Shown one piece after another: positions 53,098 through 63,478 of a stretch of DNA of 63,478 bases. The stretch comes from Octopus bimaculoides. Lineage: Eukaryota. The translations under genes were made by a program, and so were the position numbers. The notes under the pieces were generated by a model. The model did no database searches, was not told the DNA's origin, and saw only the letters and a list, made by a program, of their open reading frames with translations. The stretch spans positions 9,285,517 through 9,348,994 of the forward strand of contig NC_068986.1 in NCBI RefSeq assembly GCF_001194135.2, written 5' to 3'. How positions within the stretch are numbered: the stretch's first letter is position 1; each line of letters opens with the position of its first letter.

Positions 53098-53711
53098 TTA
53101 AAAACCATCAATGCCTAATTCCTCATTTGATGCTTCAAATACCTTCAATTCTTCTTTTTGATTTAGCTTTACATTGCTATCTCAGTTCATTATTATCATC
53201 TAAACTTGCAGTGATGCTTCTAATTGCATCCTGTTTATTCCACAGCAGGGATGTCAGTTCTTGAAAAAAAAAAAAAAAGCTTTTGGAAACCATATGTTTT
53301 CAGGTAAATGATTCCAAGCTACTTTTGCCCAGGTGGCAATAAGAGAATGGCTAAGATTTTTGAGATTACTTCCTGCTGTTTTTCTTTGTCATCTGCTTCA
53401 TCTTTACCATTTATTTACTATTTGGCATTTTCTTCAGTTGGGGAGTTTCTTCTTTCTTCATAACCCAATGCTGTTACCTGATGCAAGTTACTTGGCAACC
53501 CCACTGGTGCTGGTGCACCTAAAAGCCAGTTGTGCCAGTGCCATATAAAAATCACTCAGGCTTTGTAAAGTGGTTGATGTTAGGAAGGACATCCTGTCCT
53601 AAAAGCCTTACCAAAACAGGCAATTGGACCCTGGTGCAGTTCTCCAGCTTGTCAGCTTGTGTCAAACAGTCCAGCCCATGCCAGCATGGAAAATGGGCAT
53701 TAAATGATGAT

Positions 53712-53756
<45 letters not shown>

Positions 53757-54174
53757 ACACACAATGCTCTTACAATATCTCTCTTTCACATCCATACTTT
53801 CAGTAAACATATGTATACAATGGTGTTTCTTACATCTCTTTAGATCTATATTTTTAGTACACACACGTGTGTGTTTGTGTGCATTGAGGGTGTTGTGTAC
53901 AACAGACTTTCTTACAATGTATCTCTTTTCTCTACATATCCCTGCTTTTAATACAGGGGTGTATGTATTGCATATGTGTTCCACTATTGGTACAAATCAA
54001 TAATGTAACTATCAGGTTTAATCTTCTCAATTAAAGAACAGCTTTTAAACAATGCAGTGTGTAACCACACACACACACACACACCTGGCACATGAACAGA
54101 TTAACAATTGTCAATGGATTTATTCACTACAGTGAACTATATTCAGTCTATTCACTAAGTTCACTACAGTGAAT

Positions 54175-54375
54175 CACATTGGCATGTTTACCATGTTCAG
54201 CATGGTGCCACACTGGACCTGTTCACCATGTCCGCTATGGTAAACCATATTGGGCCTGTTCACCATGTCCACTATGGTAAACCATATTGGACCTGTTTAC
54301 TATGTTCACTTCAGTTAGTCACACTGAACCTGTTTACTGTTTTTGTTACAGTGAGCCACATTGGATCTGTCCATT
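54175..54375. repeat. 37-bp minisatellite, about 5.5 diverged copies
   Basis: Units such as cacactggacctgttcaccatgtccgctatggtaaac and catattgggcctgttcaccatgtccactatggtaaac. Confidence 0.85.
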
Positions 54376-56534
54376 ACATTCAGTACAAGGAACTACATTC
54401 AGCTTGGAAACAGTGTTTCATAGAGACAATGGGATGTATACATTAATCAGATGTTTTGGGATTACCTCCCTCCTCTCCAAAACATCCTCTCCTTTTTTTT
54501 TCATTCTTTACACTTGTGTATATCTCTTCCTCAGTTTTGTGCCAATTTGTTACATTATACATGAGGAAATACAATATTTGTTCTATTATACATCGGAAAT
54601 GCTATAAGTATTTACATACTTATTGTATTTCCTCTCAACAATTGACCATCATAAGTCTAAACATCGACTATATTAACTGACTCTGGCTCCACCTATCCCA
54701 CAATTCAAGATGCTGTAGAAGCGTCATGAGTATTTCATGTTTGTAGTTTCACCTTTTAGCATTCAGATTATTCTGTTAAATGTAATTCTTGTTCATTTAC
54801 ATTGTGATCAATTAATCATGTATTATTCTGTAGCTTTGAAATTTTGATGATGTGATTGTTTATTTTTAGAGTGACAATGTAAGGTAGATGTAAGAAGTTG
54901 GATTTGGTTAGTTTGAACACAAAGCCAGGAGAATATTTGGGCCAGGTATGGCAAGGTTAAATAGTAAAGGGTTAAGGAAATTAGTTCCAGTGCAGCTGTT
55001 TCAAACTACAACTCCTTGGATTTTGCTATTTGTTTTACATTTTCCATGCTTGCATGGGTTTGGTGACTGTTATCTATCTCAAGCATTATCTTACAGCTGG
55101 ATGCCTTTCCTGATGCTAACCCTTACCTGTTTTTAAGTAAGGGCTCTTTTGTGCCACACAGCTTTGAAGGCATGAAGTGACTGGATGAGTTGTTGATAGG
55201 AAAACTGAGAACAACACCTGGCTGATGGAACCTTTTTTTGTACAAGCGATCACAAATACAAACATGCTCCTGTACTGTTATCATTTGATGTCCATGTTCG
55301 ATGCTGGCACGGGTTATACAGTTTAACAGGATCTGATGGCTTCAGCAATCTGCTTTGTCATGGTTTCTCTGGCTGGATGCCTGCGGAGCTTTCTGTTGGG
55401 AAATGAGGGTCAGGGAATGAGAAGCAGGTGGTGGTTGTAGGGGAACTCCATGGCTGCTCACATTTAGAGGAGATAGTGAGAATGAATCCGTAATAGCTAC
55501 AATGAGATAATTAATGAATCCACTTGCAAGAGAAACTACGTAATAACAGTAAATGTTTAAACTTCAGTTCAGCTGAGCAGTAAGCATATCCTTAGTTGTC
55601 TTTATAAAATCCTTCTGCTCTGTTAGTTGTTAGTTAATTTGATTCTATGCTTGGGTTAGAAGCAGTGCATGGTGAGCCACAACTGAAGACATGGCAGATT
55701 TCACATTTATCTGTGTTCCAGAAAGTTACCGTCTTCACAACTGGAACATCAACCAAGGATTGACAGTGAAATTGTTTGAAACAAGACATGGCTTCAACTA
55801 AACGTCTGATGTTGCTTTGCTTCCATAAAATACAATTATACAGAATTTTACAACCTAATTAATAACGCTAAGTCATTAATTAGGTTTATTTATCTTTCCT
55901 AATTAGGTGTAATTAGGTCTCATAAATGAACTGAATATAGAAGTATGGTTAACTCTTACCATACTTTGGTCATTTCAGTTCATGATTGTACTCTTTCGGT
56001 CATTGACCAACATTTATAACCGTAATTACTATTTGAAAAAACCCAGAAAAATAAAAAAAAAATTTCATAATTATTTTTTTAGACAAGTTAATTTTTATCA
56101 CAATAAATGGAATTCTGTAGTGTGAAATATATACATAGAGTTGATGTGGAAAAATTAATTTGACATGTGGCTATATTTTAATCTCTTTTAGAAATTAAAT
56201 TTCAATAATATATTTTAAAACTTGGTGGTGGTGGTCGTTGTCATTTAATGTCCATCTTCCATGCTGGCATCATGGGTTGGGCAGTTTAACAGGATCCAAT
56301 GGGCCCATGGACTGCATCATGCTCCAGTGTCTGCTTTGGTATGGTTTTTACAGCTGGATGCTCTCACTAACATTTCAAACTTCACTGTTGTAGTGGCGGT
56401 GGGGGATTGTTGACTCCACCCTCTCCCAAATTTATGCCCCCCCTCCCAATTCCTGTCTTTGTTACATTGGATTGGTGGAATTGTTAGAATGTCAGAGAAA
56501 AAAGATTTTCTGCAGTATTTGTTTTAATGCTTTA

Positions 56535-57067
56535 TTGAAGTAGTTGTATGCTGTCAACTTAATGTGACAGTCCCATGAAAGGAATAATACTACTGTTGTT
56601 TAGACCTAGGAAGCTGAACTGCTTCCTGTTGGACTTGACACATTTCCTGTGTCTTTATGTTTACAAGGGGGAGATTAGCACCTCCACCCAGCTAAGCCTG
56701 CATCCAGAGACATATTTCTGAGTCTTTGCTCGTCATCAGTCTGGAGTAGCATGACTTGCTAGTCGAAGATGCCTGCTAAGCTCTTGTAAACATAATTCTA
56801 GTGAAATACATTCACTGATTTCAAAATTAGAAATAGTACATTTCTAAATCTCTTAGCTGAGTGGAAGTGCTTGTCTCCTCCTTGTAAACATAAGGACACA
56901 GGAAATGTATCAAGGCTGACAGGGAGCGGTGCAGCTTCCTAGGTTTAAACAACAGTAGTATTATTCCCTTCATGAGACTGTCACATTAAGTTGACAGTAT
57001 ACAACTACTTCAACGTATCACTACTGCATAAATCTCTCTGAGAGATTTAGAAATGTACTATTTCTAA
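56535..57067. mobile_element. Fold-back non-coding element, copy 1, containing a hammerhead motif and inserted into a SINE
   Basis: 162-bp inverted arms (56535-56696 and 56852-57013, about 90% by hand count); a 29-bp inverted pair (56825-56853 and 57041-57069); TSD ttaatgcttta (56524-56534 and 57068-57078). Confidence 0.8.
56699..56752 (-). ncRNA. Candidate type-I hammerhead ribozyme
   Basis: Minus strand: UGC-UAC-UCCAGA CUGAUGA C GAG-CAAAGA-CUC A GAAA UAU GUC| UCUGGA-U-GCA. Core boxes, helix I (6 bp plus a bulged extension), helix II and a GUC cleavage triplet are in the correct order. Confidence 0.65.
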
Positions 57068-57425
57068 TTAATGCTTTATGTTCTGAGTTCTGTGAGTTCA
57101 AATCTCACTGAGGTCAACTCTGCCTTCTGTGTGTTTGAGATTAATTAACTAAAATATGGGTTGAGTACCAGGATCAGTAGGATTGGCTAATCATCTTCTC
57201 TCAAAAATGATCCAAGCTAGAAACAATTATCTCTGTGGTGTCACATTTCTAAATTTACTCATTTCATATTGCAAAAATATTTTATTAATTCTCTCTAATT
57301 TATATATATATATATATATATNNNNNNNNNNNNNNNNNNNNNNNNNNNNNNNNNNNNNNNNNNNNNNNNNNNNNNNNNNNNNNNNNNNNNNNNNNNNNNN
57401 NNNNNNNNNNNNNNNNNNNNNNNNN

Positions 57426-58030
57426 AGAGTTTCTACTGCTGGATGCCCTTCCTAACACCAACCACTCCGAGAGTGTAGTGGGTACTTTTACGTGCCACCA
57501 GCACAAGGATCAGTCAGGTGGTACTGGCAACAGCCACGCTCAAAACGGTGTTTTTTTTTTTTTTTTTTACGTACCACCTGCACAGGAGCCAGCCCAGTGG
57601 CACTGGCAACGACCTCGCTTGAGTATTTTTTCACGTGTCACTGGCACACGTGCCAGTAAGACTATGCTGGTGCTATTTACGTGCCACTGGCATGAAAGCC
57701 AGACAGCTGCTCTGGCAATGATAACGCTCGGATGGTACTGTTAGCACTCCACTGGCACAGGTGCCAGTCATAGAATTTGGTTCAATTTCAATTTCACTTG
57801 CCCCAATAGGTCTTTGCAAGCAGAGTTTAGTGTCCAATGAAGGAAAGGTTGGCATGGGCGCCAGTCGTCGAATTTGGTTCGATTTCACTTGCCTCAACAG
57901 GTCTTCGCAAGCAGAGTTTAGTGTCCAATGAAAGAAAGGTATGCATAAGTGGGCTGGCTACACCCCTGGCAGAGGCCGCGGATTACGGTCTCACTTGACT
58001 TGCCGGGTCTTCTCACGCACAGCATATTTT
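57426..58030 (-). mobile_element. RTE LINE 3' UTR with internal tandem units. Further RTE tails at 10314-10628, 27825-28010, 36365-36555, 37170-37355, 42385-42560, 44180-44525, 53500-53712, 55030-55140, 56225-56372, 58570-58835
   Basis: Shared gtggttggc.ttaggaagggcatccagctgtagaaa...gttaaa(c/t)gatgatgat terminus. Confidence 0.8.
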
Positions 58031-61000
58031 TATATATATATATGCATTTAATTTATCTATGCAGTTGGAGCTTGTAGAGTAAAAGCAAAAATTTTCAGCC
58101 AGAAAATTAAGACACTACAAGTGAGAGGTATCACCTTGCTTGACCAATTATATTTTATGTAAAATAAGTTTTCTAATTTTGGAGAGATTACAAGTTTTTA
58201 GTGTGTCTTTTATGTTCTTTTCTGAGCAACCCATCCATGAACATAAGATATCTTGGTACATAAACAATACAGATAACATGAAGTTGCATGATCACAACTT
58301 AGCTCTTTTTACAGCTTAACAACACTAACGAACCCATGTAGCTTCTTGAATAATTAAGAAAATTTCAATGTAATCACTCAGCCTTTTAGAAGTGGCAGCC
58401 AGATCTTTTGCATCTTTATAATGTCATATTATAAAAGTACAGCAGCCACAAAGTACTCAGCAATCACAAAGTGATCAATGCAAGCCAAATGAGATTAAGA
58501 TAAACTAAAATTAGCAGTGTATACAGATAGGCATAGGTATGTGGTTTTGGGTTCAGTCCCATTGCACAGTCCCATTGCTCTTGTGCTGGTGGCATGTAAA
58601 AAGCACTATTTCAGTGTGGTTGATGCCAGTGCTGCCTGACTGGCCCCCGTGCTGGTGGTATGTAAAAAGCACCCACTACACTCTCTGAGTGGTTGGTGCC
58701 AGGAAGGGCATCCAGCTGTAGAAACCTGGCAAAATCAGATTGGAGCCTGGTGCAGCCTTCTGACTTGCCAGTCCTCAGTCAAACCGTCCAACCAATGCTA
58801 GCATGGAAAGTGGATGTTAAATGATGATGATGATGAACACTGGTGTTGATCTAATTGACTTATCCCCTCCCCAAAATTGTGTCAAAATTTGAAACCAATA
58901 TTCAATCCTAAAAATATAATGGGATTTCTAAAACATCAAATAGCTTTGAGAGTCCATCTGATTCATGATCATTGTCGTTGTTTAACGTCCGCTTTCCATG
59001 CTGGCGATCTACCCGGTCTGCCCACCTACCACAACCTACTTAACATACTCACAAACTTTATTGTCACACCTCAGTGTTCACATCCTGGTACACAGACAAT
59101 ACAGGTAACACAAGATGAACTACAAGACATCAAAGCTAAACTCTTTTTTGACATCTTACCCAACACACACTCGTACTTCACTGAGCTCACTCTGACTCAT
59201 TTCCACATATCCCTGATTACATCACACACATAACACAAATTGCATTGCAAATACTCTTCCTATCACTTTCCTCCAAACACCCACCACTTAATGCACGCCC
59301 ACACAGTCATACATCAATTTAAAAAATAATATTTAGTGATACTATTTTTACTAAAAGACACGATCATGGTTTCAGAATTCAGTGGGCCCTAATTATCAAT
59401 ATAGATATCAGAGCACATTTGAGCCAAAGAAATTGCAGAAGGAATCCCCTCGTTATTGACAGTTATTAGGCGCAGGCATGGCTATGTGGTAAGAAGCTTA
59501 CTTTCTAACAAGATCATAGTTCCAGGTTCAGTCCTACTGTGTGGCACTTTGGGTGTCTCCTATAATTGACCCAGGCTGATAAAGCTGTGAGAGTGGATCT
59601 GGTAGACAGAAACTGGAAAAAGTATGTCGCATGCATGTGTGTGTATGTGTTGTGTCTGTGAGTACCTTTGTCTTGGCATCATGTGATATTTGTAAACAAG
59701 TATCACTGTCATACATGCAGTGTCATTTATTTTCAATCTTCTGTAAAAAAAAGTGTCTGGCCATGGGGGCGGGGTGGAGAATATTACCTTAGTTGAAAAC
59801 AAGTGAGGGTATGCAACAGGGAGGGTATTCAATCATGGAAAATTTGCCTTCCAACCCATGCAAGCATGGAAAAGTGGAAGTGATGATGATGATGTGTCTG
59901 GGGAATGTTGATCTTTGAGTGTGATTCAATTCTTTGTTGGAATGGTTCAGCATTAATTGTTATGAGAAAGGTATTATTGGATCAAATGAAACCTGATGAA
60001 TGATATTATGACATATTCACTTAAGATGGTGAGCTGGCAGAACCGTTAGCACGCTGGGAAAAATGTTAAGTGGCATTTTGTCTGTCTTTACATTCTGAGT
60101 TCAAATTCCACTGGGGTCAACTTTGCCCTTCAGCCTTTCAGGGCAGATGAAATTAATACCAGTTGCATACTGGAGTTGATGTAACTGACTTATCCTCTCC
60201 CACAAAATTGCTGACCTTGTCGCTGAAATTTGAAACCAGTATTACATATTCACTTTTAAACTATCTGTTGTATAAAGGATAGAGCTGCTTTATCATTTTT
60301 TTACGTGTGTGTGTGTAACATGCATAGAGAGGAGATTGAGATCAGACTGAAGCAATGTTTGGAATTCCTGAATAAAGATTAATGACTTCCAGAATGCTAA
60401 TCATTTAACAGAAGGATGTTTTTGCGATGGTGTCTTTTTTAAAGAAATGAAATCTAATTTCTTGTAAAAAGACAACTTGAAGTGACTTAAGTTTGTAGGC
60501 ACTGGATTCCTAACCAGATTTCACATGTATTTGCTGTCCTAAAGGAAATGGTTGAACCTCACAGATTCCATTTTTACATTTTCTATGACTTAAATCAGTT
60601 GGTTTGATCATTTGTTTATCACTTCTGATCACTGAATCTCAATCAACCGATTGATCGAACCTGCAGTGTGTGGGTCGAATGTTGCCTTCATGTTAACCCT
60701 TTTGTTATATTTCAGTTGAAATACATTGCCTTTGTTTAAATTAATTAAAAATAAATATATATAGTTAATCAAATATATTTAGTGAGGATAAAGTGTACTG
60801 GATTTCAGATAAGTGCTCTTGTTATGAGAAATGTCTAAAACCTTAAAGGTATTTAGAGATTCAATTAGAGCGATTATATATTACAGAGTAAAAGCAGGAA
60901 AACTTACATAAAAAAAATCACAGAATATATATGTCTATGATATAAATAATATTGTATTAATAAATATATAAAGTATGATCATTTAAAAAGGTTTGAGCTA

Positions 61001-61510
61001 TCTTAAAACTGTTTCATGAATGTATTACCTTAAACCTTTTTAAATAATCATACTTTGTATATTTATCTATTAATACAATATTATTTATATTATGGACGTA
61101 TATCTTCTGTGATTTTTTGATGTAATTTTTTCTGCTTTTACTTTGTACTTGGAAATAATGAAGAATTTTATTAAATTCTTCATTATTGAACTGGTGTTTG
61201 GAACATGAATTAACATGAAGAGTGTGTGTGTGTGTGTGTGTGTGTAAAATAATTTAGGTGAGAAAAAGATGAGAAATTGAAATCAGTGTTATGATTGTTT
61301 TTGCAAATAAACTTTGGTTTATTCCGCACAAACTCTTACAATAAATGCAGTGAAATTATTACTGTTCATTCACATTTTCAGAGATTTGTGAAGAGCTCCT
61401 CTTTGCAATTGGTTGAACTGATATTTTTCTGTTATTAGCTAGGTCTCTACATAAAGTGTCAATGAACTGTTAGGTTGGATTATAGTTATCCCTTCAATCT
61501 ACATCTATCT

Positions 61511-61929
61511 TTAATGCTGTTGGCACAGTCAGATTGAAAGGTACTGCACAGGTGTTGAAACCATAGTGATATCCATTTGGCAACTGATGGGAATACACCT
61601 ATGTTATGCTCAATTGTGAATTTCTTATAGCCTAGTTTTGTTATTCTGGGTTGTCCTTTATTCTTTGTACATACTAGTTTCTAGCTATAAGTTATCAGTA
61701 TTTCTTTACTCTTATGTTGTTACTTTTAGTCATAAGCTGGTGGAGTCCCAGGCAGCAATTATAATTTTAATGCTGTTGACATCTGTCAGATTCAATGGTA
61801 TTACTGCCCAGGTGTCAAAACCATAATGATAACCATATGGGCAGCTGATGATGGGAATGTACATACATTATGCTCAATTGTGGATTTCTTATATCTTAGT
61901 CTTACTATTCTGGATTGTCATTCATTCTT
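61511..61929. repeat. Diverged direct duplication (61511-61665 and 61767-61929), period about 256 bp
   Basis: Both copies start ttaatgctgttg, share ttatgctcaattgtg.atttcttata, and end attctt. Confidence 0.85.
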
Positions 61930-62702
61930 GGGAAGTGGAAAGTGTTTGTAGATTCCTAGTCTGTGAGAATCGTTTACTTTGGTATTGGTTTTATTCATAG
62001 GTAATCTTATTAGGCTTAGGCAATGGTTAGATATTGGTGTCTAGTTTCGGAAGATTCTGTGATGCACATACACACATGCACATGTGTGTGTATTTATATG
62101 AAATATTTGGAAACAAGAAGGAGCTGATGACTACATATATCATTCTCATTGTTTAACATCCATTCTCCATGCTGGTATGGGTTAGACATTTTGAGAGGAG
62201 TTGACAAGCCAGAGAACTGCATCTCATCTAGGCTAACTCTTTCCTAATTAGTTGAGCTGTGGTCCTTTCTGTAATTTTCATCACCTAATCCAGCAATTTG
62301 ATATCTTTTGTAATTGCTTCTTAGGCATTTCCTTTACCCTTGTAACAGTTGAGTACAATCTTGCTACACCAATTGTTTTATATAAAGTGCATATGTGTGT
62401 AATATGCGTGTATGTATGTATATATATATGAAACCTGTTTTATCAAAATATACAAGTCTTACATTCTTGCATGTATGCTTCTGTTATTTTGGAATATCGT
62501 TTACTAAATATTCCGTTACTATGCCAACTGAATTACGATGAGATATTTCTTCATATGTTTCTCTGTTATTGCTATCAACATAAGCTTGTATTGTAAGAAT
62601 ATATTCCTCAGCTGATCTAAACAAACGTCTACTTTGTTTACAGAATTGAAGTCAGTGAAGAAGACATTACCAGTTGCAGTTCCTTAATTGTACATATTGA
62701 AA

Positions 62703-62721
62703 ATGGCTGATACTCAGGAAG
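62703..62721 (+). CDS. Putative first coding segment of an unidentified plus-strand gene (MADTQE...), in exon 62644-62721
   Basis: ttgtttacAG acceptor at 62642-62643; aaaATGG Kozak context with an upstream in-frame stop; GAAG|GTAGGA donor. All three frames are closed upstream of the ATG within the exon, as expected for a 5' UTR plus start exon. Confidence 0.55.
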
Positions 62722-63004
62722 GTAGGAAATATTTTCTTATTTGTTGAGACAAGGGTGGTGCAGTGATAGAGCAACAGAAAAAAGTGCTTTGCACTATTTG
62801 TTCCAGTCCTTAAAACATTCTGAGTTCAAATCCTGTCAAAGTCAACTTTTGCTTTTCATCTTTCTAGGGTCCATAAAATACCAGTCAACTACTGGGTTAA
62901 TGACATTCACTTACACTCTCCTCTTGAAATTGCTGCCCTTCTTCCTCAAATTGAAATAATTATTTTTTGATATTTAAAAGATATGCATTCACCCTCTATC
63001 CTAC

Positions 63005-63048
<44 letters not shown>

Positions 63049-63361
63049 GTGTGGGTCACCATCAGTTGATGATGAGGATTCAGTGTTGTTTGATCACCTG
63101 AATTACCTGCCCCTGAATTAACTCCTTAGTAACTATATGTTCCACAGACCCCAAGTACTGTTAATGTAATCCTCAGGCAGAATCAACGTGACATGGTGTG
63201 TGTCTGTGTGTGACAAGGCCGGACCTTTTGAATTCCAGATACAATCCATTAGATGGGCTTCTGTACAGTTTCTCTCTCCACAATTTTTACCAAAGATGCC
63301 ATGCAGTGAGATTGAACCTGGGACCATATGCTTATAAAACGAACTTTTTAACCATTTGGCC

Positions 63362-63402
<41 letters not shown>

Positions 63403-63478
63403 ACCAGTATGGCAGCTTGGTTATGAAGTTCACTTTCCAACCATGTGGTTCAAGGTTCAGTTCCATTGCATGACAACT

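Noticed and set aside
54175-54375. Regularly spaced 37-bp units resembling a CRISPR array
   Set aside because: The whole unit repeats without unique spacers, there are no cas genes, and the context is eukaryotic.
55683-55745. CTGAAGA...GAAA...GTC order resembling a hammerhead
   Set aside because: Helix III has a G.G clash and helix I is only 2 bp; the CTGAAGAC/GTCTTCA stem competes with the fold.
58877-59233. 118-aa ORF
   Set aside because: It starts in SINE and RTE tail sequence and continues in C/A-rich low-complexity DNA, with no domain or splice support.

Overview
AT-rich, repeat-dense animal genomic DNA with 10 assembly gaps. The microsatellite load and the SINE/LINE families look like a coleoid cephalopod, most likely Octopus; this is recognition from memory, not a database result. 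There is no prokaryotic content or CRISPR. (1) Bases 1-5893, minus strand: an hnRNP A/B-family gene (two RRMs plus a Gly-rich tail). Eight coding exons were reconstructed with GT-AG junctions and consistent phases; the gene runs off the left edge. (2) 7.3-30 kb is a retroelement pile-up: RTE LINEs, a long 3'-truncated R4/Dong-like LINE, Tx1/L1-like 3' ends, tRNA-SINEs, piggyBac and hAT MITEs, and (AAT)n/(GAT)n arrays. (3) About 30-33.7 kb is a second CpG-retaining, promoter-like island. It probably drives a plus-strand gene whose start-codon exon (MADTQE...) is at 62644-62721, after a roughly 30-kb repeat-filled intron; this link is inferred. The most interesting observation is a small non-coding, head-to-head fold-back mobile element. 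It is present twice, each time with a target-site duplication (22529-22836 and 56535-57067). One copy carries a type-I hammerhead-ribozyme fold and shows a terminally redundant unit of about 345 nt, as in Penelope pLTRs or retrozymes. Two further hammerhead-like motifs occur elsewhere. The SINEs also show clear head/tail module swapping, including a tail shared with the Tx1-like LINE. Most long entries in the ORF track are artefacts of N-gaps and microsatellites.
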